Shown: positions 13,151-23,479 of the stretch, piece after piece
How the letters are laid out: each line of letters starts with the position of its first letter
Position numbering within the stretch: the first letter of the stretch is position 1
Assembly: GCA_052327205.1 (NCBI GenBank)
Contig: CM126223.1
Span: forward strand, 43,090,001-43,154,000
DNA from: Somniosus microcephalus
Taxonomy: Eukaryota
DNA: 64,000 nt
Direction: 5' to 3'
Position numbers and translations under genes: made by a program
Notes under the pieces: generated by a model
Seen by the model: the letters and a program-made list of their open reading frames with translations, nothing else
What the model was told of the DNA's origin: nothing
Database searches by the model: none

Positions 13151-15048
13151 AGTGCCATGCAACAAATGGTTTTCCAATAAATGTACAAATATTCTGCTGT
13201 AAATATAAAGATTAGATCTCTCATTCAAAAGATTGTGAAAGTGTGCAAAAATGCTTCTCCAATAACTGTGGCACTGTTTTATTAGAAAAAGAAAGTGATT
13301 GTGTTGGACATGTGTTTAATCATAATTCTACCTGATCCAAAAGCATTTTAATTATACTACTTGCTAAATGTAGTAGAGGGAATCACCCCCTGCCCCAGAA
13401 AGCTGGGACATCCTCCTCTAATAAGTATTGGGTTGTTTGTGAATGTAGCTAGTTGGGAAAATATTTTGCTAAAAAGAGTCACTTTGGACAATTTGGCAAA
13501 TAGGGTAGAACTTTAAACGTACAAATAAAGATCTCTGTTGAAATGTCAGTGCTTTACATCTCTCAACTGCCCAAGATCGATATATTCAAAATAACGTTTT
13601 TCTAATAAAAAATGAGGTACAACAAATTAAAAGAGCATTATTAATTTGAAAGACTCGACAGGATTTTCTTAATGCAATATTATTCTACGGAAGATCACAT
13701 TATCCAAGCATTTCTCCACCTCCCCCGCCCCGCCAACTCCCTCTCTTCTAAGGAAGGGAAATGTAAGCCAAGTCAAAGGGTACAACAACTTAACAACCAC
13801 CACCCTCCAACACTATCACAAAAGATAACGATCCACATCTGCAAGATTAGAGTGACTTCACAAAATAGGCTTTTCCAACTTAATTTGACGCTTTTTAAAA
13901 ATAAAATGCCAAAAAAAGACATCTGAGCAAATGTATTGACTGCAGGATAGGTCAGAACATAGGGCAGCATAACGATGCAACACACAGGTGCTCCAACACA
14001 ATGTCAGAGTGGTAGCATGTGGGTCATGTTTCATCACATGTACAGCTCTTAATCTCAATCAAGCTTTGCGGAAATATGTCAGGTGCTTTCGCTCAGCAGC
14101 ATTTCAGGACACACACTCACTCATATACTTATTGTTAATCCAAGAGTGGCATGAATTGATTAAATAGCTTGGGGGAATTTTGCGTGTGCAGTATGCACAT
14201 GTGTTGACAGGGAGGAAACAAAATTCAAGAGGCAAAAGTTACATTTAAAACGGGATAAGCAAACCCAAAACTCTCAGACGTTACATCTTTGATGCCTTAG
14301 TAAAGATGTTAACAATTGCAGCATTACTACCGAACTGATTAGCAACAGGTTTTAGGGTTAAGTGCACTACACTAGTTTACTTTAACTGGGGCTTCAGTTG
14401 AAATATCTAGGAAACACAAACTTAAATAAAATCATACTATTAACACAGTTCCAACTAAATTGGTGCCATACAATATATACATTGCCTTTCTGTACTTTTT
14501 TTAAGCTATGTCAGCTCTATTAAGAGACATACAATATGGACCATTTGCCTTGCTCAGCATTTGCATCAAGATCCACACCGAGTTTGTCAAAACCTCAGTA
14601 CAGCATTTGAGACATTTTGCAAAACAAAACCACGGTGATTAAACCATTCCTAATACCATTTCTGCATGAAAATATTTCAAAGAAAGCGGACACTGAGAAA
14701 GGCAAACGTGAGCTCACAAAAACTAAATGCTGTTATCAGCTGAATGTTTTACACATACAAAGAAAAAGACTGGCTTTTAAAAAGAGACGTTGTATGGCTT
14801 ATTTTATTCATTTTAAAACTATAATTCTTATCCATCCAGGACTATTAAGTTGATTTTTAAGCATTAAGAAAACGAATCACTTGACCCAGCTAGTCCCATA
14901 TCTCTGTATCTAAAACTAACAGCTTATTGAGTCTCTTACTGAACCATATAATGGCTGTGAAACTAAACCACATCACAACGTGATTACAACCAGTAGTTGC
15001 AGCAGCTGAACCCATTCACATTTGCAATGTGGCTATGTACGACTTGTT

Positions 15049-15820
15049 GGGGCAGAAATTCCTCCCCAAACGCGTGAGTACGGAAGGGGTACTCATGCGT
15101 CTGGCCGGAGGAAATGCCGGTTTTCAGCATGCACAGCGCATGCGCTGAAAACCGGCATTTCCTCTCCTCCAACCCAAGAGTTGAAGAGGCTAGCGCGTGC
15201 GCTGTAGGGGGCAGCGCGTGCATCTTGGATTTCCTCTGTTTTGGGGGATTTGCGCATGTGTAAAGGCCCCCGGTCTTTACGCTTGTAAAAAGCACACGTA
15301 AGTATTTATTTTTACAGGTAAGTGGTGTTTTAGTGTAATTTAGAATTTTTTTTCCCCCCACAGGTTTATTATTTTAAAGAATCTACAATAAGGTAAGTTT
15401 AGTTTTAGACCCTTTTTATTAAAAATTTATTTTTTTCAAAAAAAAAAAAAAAAATTGTTTAAAATATTTTTTTAAAACTTATTTATACTTAATTTAATGA
15501 TTGGGATGTTTTTTAAATTTTTATTTAAAGTTTAAATAGTGTTTTGGGCCCCCGTAGTTTTCATGAGTTTGACAGTTCTTACTCTCAAACTCATGAATGA
15601 ACCTTCCCCTCCCCTGATTGGTTGTACAGTGCTCACCTGATCCCAGCCGGCACATCGCACTAACTACGCCGCTGGATCAGGTAAGCACTGCGCACTGACA
15701 TCTGAACCAGGCCTGTCACAGGAAATGCAAGCAGGCCCGGGCTTCAGATGTCAGCGCGCAGGGTGAGTGCAGATCGGGGGCTTGCACCCGCGGGAAGCCC
15801 CCGACCCGAATTTTTGGCCC
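15049..15820. mobile_element. PIF/Harbinger-type MITE (772 bp)
   Basis: TIRs GGGGCAGAAATT / AATTTTTGGCCC, 3-bp TSD GTT, AT-rich core, internal palindromes at ~15109-15165, ~15559-15598 and ~15688-15761. Confidence 0.85.
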
Positions 15821-16619
15821 GTTATATTTTTTCTTTGAGTTATATATACACACATTTTCTTTGGTCGATTACTTGAGGAAGAATCATGGTACCACCAGTC
15901 ATACAAGTGACTGGAATTTGTTCAGGACCCCCCACCCCTGTTTGTTCAGCACGTGGCTTAACACCTCATAGTTTGAGGCGCTAAATCAGAGGTTCCATTT
16001 CGTGGTTCAGGTAGATGTTAAAATATAGAATACCACTACTCAAAGCTTTTTCTGTGTTGGCTAACCTTCCTCCATCAGTACAGATGATGGCGGTCATTTG
16101 GCCCATCTAGCTCATCAATCCGCAGAAAGCTACCATCTTCCCCCTCACCCCCCTTCCCACAGCATCCAACTCCCTCTTGATTGACTTGGTCGTCACTACC
16201 CTACATTGAAGGCCATTCTAAGTATTAAATTACTCGATGGAGAAGTTCAGTTCTGAATTTGCTTAATATTTTATGTCAAATTTCAACTGAGCTTGCCATA
16301 TCTAATTATAGGTTTTAAATAGTGTTATTGTAGAATAGTTTCTTCATTAATAATGCACATAAGCATCAGCAAGTTATTACTGGTAAACTATTAAAGAAAA
16401 TCCTGAAGTAATAAGGCACTCTTGATTGACTGAAAACTTTAAGTCACCATCTGTTCCATCAATAGAAGCACATTGCTGTTCCCCGACAGCAACTGCAAAC
16501 ATACAACTGGAGCACAATCTAAAAGATCACAATAATCATTTAAATTCCTAGGGCAATTAACAAGGTCACCTGCAACACACTGATAGCAACACAAAATGCA
16601 TAACTCTAGAAAGACTCAC

Positions 16620-16682
16620 CTTAGTGGTGTCGTGCTTCTTTAAGATGTGATTTACAATGTCAGCTGTCCCCATGTGCAATTC
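16620..16682 (-). CDS. USP32: USP32 coding exon (exon 9 equivalent, 63 nt)
   Basis: ELHMGTADIVNHILKKHDTTK, compare human ELHMDLSDIVEGILNAHDTTK; acceptor ttcctcag, donor gtgagt. Confidence 0.94.
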
Positions 16683-17102
16683 CTGAGGAAAGTAAAAAAA
16701 TAAACAGCTGAGTTACACATCTTCAAGTGCATACAAAACTTTAAGATATACACCAAAGGTGGTGTCGCACACTCCTGCATGGAAGTGATGTGCTAATGAA
16801 AGAGGAAAGATAGCATGGAAACTTGACATGTAAAGGCCCAGTTCTTCTCCATAGGGAAGGGTGAAGAGCTTTGACTATTATTTAATCTCCTCCTTTTGTT
16901 GTTTTAACTGATGATGCTAATTTTTCCCCTTACATTTTTCTGCCCCTTGAGTTCACAAAATGCCCTGTACTGTTCCAAGGGCAAGACAGCAGGCATTACT
17001 GGAGACTCAAAAGGCAGATTACCAGCTTTTCTGTCTCAGTTAATATATGATAAGGTGGTATGAAGACCAAAAATACTTGAGTAAAATCACATTAATTGGT
17101 TA

Positions 17103-17275
17103 CTGGGTGGTGCAGTTGGTTAAAACATTACACTTGCATCTCTGGGACTGAGACTCAAATACTGTTCAAATTGATGGGATGAAATGCCCCTCAGATCACT
17201 GTAAAGGTCATACATGGAATTAGCTTATGCAATCGCAACCGTTTTCCTAGTGGGAATGGGTCCATAACAGCGTTG
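17103..17275 (+). mobile_element. Degenerate LF-SINE-like tRNA SINE
   Basis: A-box-like TGGTGCAGTTGG, then catctctgggact...gatgggatgaaa...tttcctagtgg; similar to 20076-20277. Confidence 0.5.
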
Positions 17276-17703
17276 TTTTTAAATGAGGGGGGAAATAGTT
17301 GACTTAATTTATTCTATTTTCATTAGCTAAAATAAAATTAGAACTATATTCCTTACAAAGATAAACAACAATTTCTGGATTAGAACACTGGTTAGAAGTC
17401 CACAACTTTTGGAGCAGGTGTTGGGAACTGAAAAGGATGAATAAAGTCTGTGCCAGCCAAGCCGTAAGTTATTATTTCCTAATATTTCTTGAGTTGTGTA
17501 AGAAGTGAATGAACCTTGATATAAGCTGTATAATTGCAGATATTTTCTTGATGGTGTACTTTAACCTGTCTCCAGAGTTTCTTTCCTGAAGGATGGTAGC
17601 TGCATAGCTCAATTATGTATTTGACTATGCAGTTTTCTGTTGCTTTTATTGGCTCAAAATTAATATTCACAATGCAGTTTTCCAGGAAAGAAATTTTAAC
17701 CCA

Positions 17704-17923
17704 TGAATTCAGAGGGTCGAATAGGGATGATTTTTTTGCCTGTTTTATTTTCCCTCTATACAGCTGACTAGCAGTCATAGGCTTAGTCTCTGGTGTTACC
17801 ATGTGACCTAAAGAGCATCGATTGCCATTTGTTTTGTATGATAGTCTTGAAAATGACAGCCTAGCAGGCCAGATAAATTGATGGACTATCTGATGAATGT
17901 AACCTATTCCAGTGGAGAGAATG
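17704..17923. repeat. ~220-bp direct repeat, copy 1 (intron 8)
   Basis: Roughly 90% identical by eye to 19398-19616. Confidence 0.92.
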
Positions 17924-17942
17924 AAGTCCTTGTCCCAGTATA

Positions 17943-18360
17943 CAGGTCCACAATCCCTTATCCGAAACCCTTGGGGCCAGATGTGTTTCGGAATTCGGAA
18001 TTTTTCGGATTTCAGAATGGTAGCACCCCGTAAGCAAACACATTAATATTTCTGCAGCGAACCTTATGAATATTCACACTGAGTGGGATAAATAAAGACT
18101 ATAAATAGTATTACAGTTTATTTGTACAGTAATAATTTGGTAAATTAAATAGTGGGATAAATATAGACCATAAATACACTAGTACAGTTTATTTGTAAGG
18201 AAAACATTCAGTAAAACTTCAAACATATACAGGTACAAACTAAGCTAAATACCTGTACATATACATGCAGTAAAGGTACACGAGTGACGCTCCACGAAAA
18301 AACTTTCGGTCTTCAGAGCTTTTCGAATTTCGGAATTGCGGATAAGGGATTGTGGACCTG
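17943..18360. mobile_element. Tigger/pogo-like non-autonomous DNA transposon
   Basis: 22-bp perfect TIR CAGGTCCACAATCCCTTATCCG; TA on the left, TT on the right; subterminal TTTCGGA repeats like Tigger4/MER46; internal duplication ~18081-18126 / ~18151-18196. Confidence 0.88.
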
Positions 18361-18638
18361 TTTCAGTCATGGGAAGTCAGACTGATGTATCATCACTTAA
18401 ATGCGACAAACATTTGTGTGTATGTTTTGCACATGCTTTCCATAGAAACCCCCCCACCCTGTTAAAGTCAGATAAGCCAGGTGGTGAATGATAGAAGACT
18501 AGAGCCTACTGTCGTTTACTAGCCTTTATTTACAGAGAGACACATTACACACCGTGCACCCCGAAGATAAGTTTTTCCCTTCCTGAGCCTGCTCCCATAT
18601 ATATGAACACAAGAGAGTCCCCAATTAATACCCACCAC

Positions 18639-18801
18639 CAATGTTCCCCCTAAGGTGCGCGAGCACACGGCTGTGCATCAATCGGGAGGTCCCACGCAGG
18701 CCGCTCACTAGTTGTTGCCACTGGAAAAGGTACCGTGCGTGCGCACCCGCGCAGCAAATTTAAAGGGACAGCACACGGAAAAAAAATTAGAGGGAACATT
18801 G
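18639..18801. mobile_element. hAT-type MITE (163 bp)
   Basis: TIR CAATGTTCCC...GGGAACATTG with perfect 8-bp TSD CCCACCAC. Confidence 0.92.
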
Positions 18802-19085
18802 CCCACCACCTGAATAAAATTAACACCCCCCCCGCCCCCACATCAAGCCATACTATGGTGTATAGATGTAGCAGCAGGGGAAAAAAATGCTCAGCTACAT
18901 TTAAGGGAAAATCAAATAGCCAGGAGAAGGTATCTTATTTGGAGTTAATTGAATGTCAGCGTTTTCAGAGGTTTTTTTCATAGCCCTATGCATTCATTAA
19001 AAAAGGGTCTATATTCTAGGAATTTATGGCTTTCTTTTTAATTAAAAGAATATCTGAAACCTTAAGAATTGATACCATTACTTAC

Positions 19086-19201
19086 AGGAATACTGTCAGT
19101 GCGGTTATCTTTCCAGACTTCCAAAAGTGCAACTACCATTTCTTCTAATTCAGTGCGAGACAAAGCTCCATCTCGGTCAGTGTCAAATACCTTGAAACAA
19201 A
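19086..19201 (-). CDS. USP32: USP32 coding exon (exon 8 equivalent, 116 nt), EF-hand
   Basis: (F)CFKVFDTDRDGALSRTELEEMVVALLEVWKDNRTDSIP; EF-hand loop DTDRDGALSRTE; acceptor tcactag, donor gtaagt, phase 1 to 0. Confidence 0.96.
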
Positions 19202-19397
19202 CTAGTGAAACAAAGAACTATTCACCTTTTTAAAAATAAAAAAGTGTAGCAGAAACAATTCTGGAAAATGTACATAAAAGATTAAAATCAGAGGAAAAAA
19301 CTGCAAATACTGAAAATTTGAAATAAAACAGAAAATATTGGATATAGCACAGCAAGTCACTAACAGCTACAAAGAGAAAAGACTGCTTATGGTGTTT

Positions 19398-19616
19398 TGA
19401 ATTCAAAGAGCGTCGAATAGGGATGATTTTTTTGCCTGCTTTATTTTCCCTCTATACAGCCGCCTAGCAATCACAGGTTTAGAGTCTGGTGTTACCATGT
19501 GACCTAAAGAGCATTGATTTCCATTTGTTTTGTATGATGGTCTTGAAAATGACAGCCTAGCAGGCCAGATAAATTGATGGACTATCTGATGAACGTAACT
19601 ATTCCAGGAGAGAATG
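19398..19616. repeat. ~220-bp direct repeat, copy 2 (intron 7)
   Basis: Same orientation as 17704-17923. Confidence 0.92.
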
Positions 19617-19769
19617 CTGTGCATACGCGACCACATCAGGGTACAGGTATATACTCTGTCTTTTCTCGCTATAGACATTACTGATCTGTTCTGTTAAATA
19701 TGTCATTTTCAGTTTTTATTTTACAGAAACCATTGCTACATTATCTTTGTAGGATACAAATCAAAACAC

Positions 19770-20052
19770 TTCTACTTAGAAATATCTCTATGTTAAAACA
19801 GTTCAAGCTACAGTCGTTAGAGTGTTGCTCTGGAACAGGAATAATAGATCTAAATGGTATAGGACCGAAGAAGGTGGTGCCAAGCATCGTTTTAGCCTGT
19901 TCTATACCACAGTACAAGTGTAAAATCCAAATAAAGATTTTGTGTTTACACCTAAGCAGTATACCATTTAGGTCTATTATTCCTGTTCCAGAGTAACGCT
20001 CTTAACGACTGTAGCTTGAACTGTTTTAACATCGAGATATTTCAAAGTAGAA
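19770..20052. repeat. Long inverted repeat / foldback (arms 19770-19861 and 19960-20052)
   Basis: ~92-bp arms are reverse complements with five substitutions and one indel; ~98-bp spacer. Confidence 0.93.
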
Positions 20053-20075
20053 TGAAAGTTTATTTAAGCAGCTGG

Positions 20076-20277
20076 TCGAGGACTGGATAGGGCAGAAAGT
20101 AGATATTGGCCTTCCACCTCTGGAGCCTGGTTCAAATCCAACCCAGAATGATGGGATGAAAGTAGGCTCCGTCTGTTGGCTATAAGCCTCCTGTAAGAAA
20201 TTACTCTGGACACTCTCAGTCCAGTTTCTACAATCCATAGCAAAACATTGTCCTTAATTCTGCACTAATTGGCACTG
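20076..20277 (+). mobile_element. LF-SINE-like tRNA-derived SINE fragment
   Basis: ggactggat...gccttccacctctgg..ctggttcaaatccaacccag...tctcagtccagttt...gcactaattggcac follows the recalled LF-SINE consensus in order. Confidence 0.65.
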
Positions 20278-20309
20278 TATTCTTTCTTTTCTTATTGGAT
20301 TCAAAGAAG

Positions 20310-20378
20310 CAGAGCCCCACCTAAACTATGAACAGAGACCCACCTAAACTATGAACAGAGACCCACCTAAACTATGAA
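20310..20378. repeat. Minisatellite, 23-bp unit x3
   Basis: (CAGAGACCCACCTAAACTATGAA)3 with one substitution. Confidence 0.95.
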
Positions 20379-20576
20379 GAGTTTTTTTTAATGTTCACAA
20401 GTTAATTTAAGATTTTTTTAAAAAGTAAGAATATTTTAACATGTTTTTATAAATCATATCCACATAATATTGAACAAAATTACATTACACACACTTCCAA
20501 AAATAGTGGCCACTTACCACTAACAGATGAATTTTCTTTGAACCATTGTACAACTGTCCAATCTACTAAAACTTAC

Positions 20577-20684
20577 ATTTCTGCCTTTCAGCAAGAGGTC
20601 CTCTACAGCAAGCAGAAAGCCCACAAGAAATTTCTTTGAAGTCTATGTGATTGTCACGATTTTCATCAAAAGCACTGAATAAAC
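20577..20684 (-). CDS. USP32: USP32 coding exon (exon 7 equivalent, 108 nt), EF-hand
   Basis: (G)LFSAFDENRDNHIDFKEISCGLSACCRGPLAERQK(F); EF-hand loop DENRDNHIDFKE; acceptor tttacag, donor gtaagt. Confidence 0.97.
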
Positions 20685-21009
20685 CTGTAAAGGATGCCCA
20701 GTAAGTTGACAATACAGTCCATAAGAGGATATTTACTATAATAACATCTTGCATAGATCACAGTCTCAGATATATTTTTAATAGTATCGGTGACGTATCA
20801 TCAGTACGCGTTTTATCTTCTGACTTTCAATGGTATTTCTCAGATAGAATTCTATATGATTTATGCAGTAAACACTTGCAAATCAAGTATCAACTAAGAG
20901 TAGATTTTCTCTTTATGGACTTTTATTAGTTCAAGAGTTTAACAAAATCCACCTTAGACCCTGTGCTGTATTAAAAATGGTGAGTGATACCAGGATTCCC
21001 AAGGCACTG

Positions 21010-21027
21010 TGCCTGTAGGTGGCGCCG
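21010..21027 (+). promoter_or_regulatory. Candidate CTCF site
   Basis: TGCCTGTAGGTGGCGCCG closely matches the CCASYAGRKGGCRS core and lies in a CpG-retaining patch. Confidence 0.45.
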
Positions 21028-21246
21028 TGACCGTACGGTTAGATGACTGACTGATTACAAAGGGACAGCAACTAAAGTTACGTGACGGCCCCAAACTGCA
21101 CGCTCAATAATTCCTGCGCACTCTCATTAGCTCGTTCAAAAAAAATTTGCGAATGCTTTCGCCCAGGAATCAGACAAGCAAACAAAGTGTAAAGCAACCT
21201 GTATGTCTTCAACTGACAACAATAGGAATCTGTTGTAGCAAAATAC

Positions 21247-21895
21247 AACAACAACTTGCATTTATACAGCGCCTTTAACGTAGTAGAATGTCCCAAGACG
21301 CTTCACAGGAGCGCTATCAAACAAAATTTGGCACCATGCTACATAGTTCATATTAGGACAGATGACCAAAAGCTTGGTCAAAGAGGTAGGTTTTAAAGGA
21401 CAGAGAGATATAGAGGCTTAGGGAGGAAATTCCAGAGCTATAGGTCTAGGTAGCTGAAGGCACACCCCCAGTGGTGGAGATCGAGGATGCTGAGGCCAGA
21501 ATTGGAGGAGCGCAGAGATCTTGGCGGGTTGTAGGGTTGGAGGAGGGTACAGAGAAAGGGAGGGGCGAGGCCACGGAGGGATTTGAAAACAAGGATGAGA
21601 ATTTTAAAATTGGGGCATTGCCAGATCGGGAGACAATGTATGTCAGTGAACACCGAGGTGCTGGGTGAACAAGACTTGGTGTGAGTTAGGATACGGACAG
21701 CAGAGTTTGGATGAGCTGAAGTTTACAGAGGGCGCAAGGTGGGAGGCTGGCCAGGGGAGCATTGGAATAGTCAAGTCTAGGAGGTAACAAAGGTATGGAT
21801 GAGGGTTTCAGCAGCAGATGAGCTGAAGCTGGGGCAAAGACGGGAGATGTTGCGGTGATGGAGAGGATATGGAGTAGGATGCTCAGCTCACGATT
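21247..21895 (-). mobile_element. L2 LINE 3' fragment
   Basis: RLDYSNA.L, FKILILVFKSL.GLAP, PPRSLRSS motifs and L2 tail aaaggcgctgtataaatgcaagttgttgttg. Confidence 0.88.
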
Positions 21896-22409
21896 GCAAG
21901 AGTCCATCAGTGAATATTTTGAAGTAGTGCAATTGGGATAAAGTTGTGGGAAAAAATAGAAGTGTAGCATTGACAGAATTATCACCGAGACAGAAAGTGA
22001 CAAAACAGAATACTGGAAATCAGAACGCAGGCCCGCAAAGTGCAATCGTGAGCAGGATTTTGGAGTAAGAACAGCACCAGCCCAGCCCAGCCAACATGGG
22101 GCAGAAAATACAGACCGCCTCCTGCCTATGACCAGAATTATACACCCCTCCTCCAACTGAGCAGAAATTCTGGCCCCCTTTCCACTGTGCAGACAGCATG
22201 GCACTGAGCAAGTAAGAAACATGTGAAGCATCTCAAGTAGAAGATTGTAAGCAAGCAAAGCGCAATAGTGACTCTGCAATGATGTTAGTGAACCAAGATA
22301 AGGAACAGCATCGAGCAAGATATCACTTGAGATTGTGGCACCCCACCTTGCTCACCGAGCAGAAATCTGGGCGTCTACCTTCCACCGAGCAGAAATCAGT
22401 TCACCCCAA

Positions 22410-22750
22410 GCCCAGTACCGGGGGATTGCTGCACTATCAGAGGTGCTATCTTTCAGATGAGACATTAAACCGAGTCTCAGGTGGACATAAAAGATCCCAT
22501 AGCATTATTCAAAGAAGAGCAGGGGAGTTCACCGTGTCCAGTCCAAAATTTATCCCTCAACCAACATCACTAAAATAGATTACCTGATCATTACCTCATT
22601 GCTGTTTGGGGGACCTTGCTGTGTGCGAACTGGCTGGCGTGTTTCCCTAGGTAACAACAGTAACTAGACATTAAAAGTACTTCATTAGCTGTAAAGCGCT
22701 TTGGGATGGCCTGAGGTCATGAAAGGTGCTATATAAATGCAAGTTTTCTT
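22410..22750 (+). mobile_element. Deu-domain SINE (SacSINE1/AmnSINE1-like), 5'-truncated
   Basis: Deu core ctttcagatgagacattaaaccgag...aaaagatccca...gaagagcagggg and L2-derived tail. Confidence 0.85.
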
Positions 22751-23479
22751 CTTTCCCGGCCCTGATTGAGGGCAAGAAAAGTCTGGTCACTCTCAGTGAG
22801 GACAAACCTACCGTACAACCCGTCCCTGCTGCGGACAAAAATAACTTTGCCCTTCCTCCAACTCAGAGGACGAACTAAGCCGCCACCCCCATCCATGAGT
22901 GCAAACTCATCCTTCCCATTTTCCCCCTCAAAGAACAAATCCATGTTCCCAGAGGAGCTGAAGCTTGTCCGACTCTTGTACGCCCACTTAGAATTCAGCA
23001 CCGCACCCCCCCTACTCCATGAAGAGTCACTCAAACCCCTCCCAATGAGGAGCAAATTACCCCTCCCATCCAGAGAAATAACTCATGCCGCTCTAATCCC
23101 TCATCCTGAATCAACTCAGCACCATTCCACACCCTTAATAGAAAACGTACCCTCTGAATCGTCTTTTACCCTCCTTCACACCCCCTGCTCTTTCCTCCAC
23201 ACTGAGGAAATGGACACACGCCCAGTGTCATGGACCCCATCATTGTCCTCTGCTGCCCCCTCTCCTTCACATGTTCAGCCCTGTCCTTTTCCTCCTCTTC
23301 CCCCTCCCCTCGCTCCATCTCCCCCACTGTTTGTCCTCCCCCAGGTCAAGTACCTGAATTGTGATAGTATTTCTACATAATCAACAAATAATCCATTACA
23401 ATTGTAAGCTCATGCACATTTGTCTAGGCTATGTACATTCCAACAAGAGGGAAAGGTAGGGGAACCAAAGTCAGGGTTC

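Noticed and set aside
20310-20378. CRISPR-like short repeats
   Set aside because: Head-to-tail 23-bp units without spacers in a vertebrate intron; a minisatellite.
21686-23380. Long ORFs of 210 aa (-) and 204 aa (+)
   Set aside because: The first runs through L2 and MITE debris; the second is C-rich low-complexity sequence with no recognisable domain or splice support.
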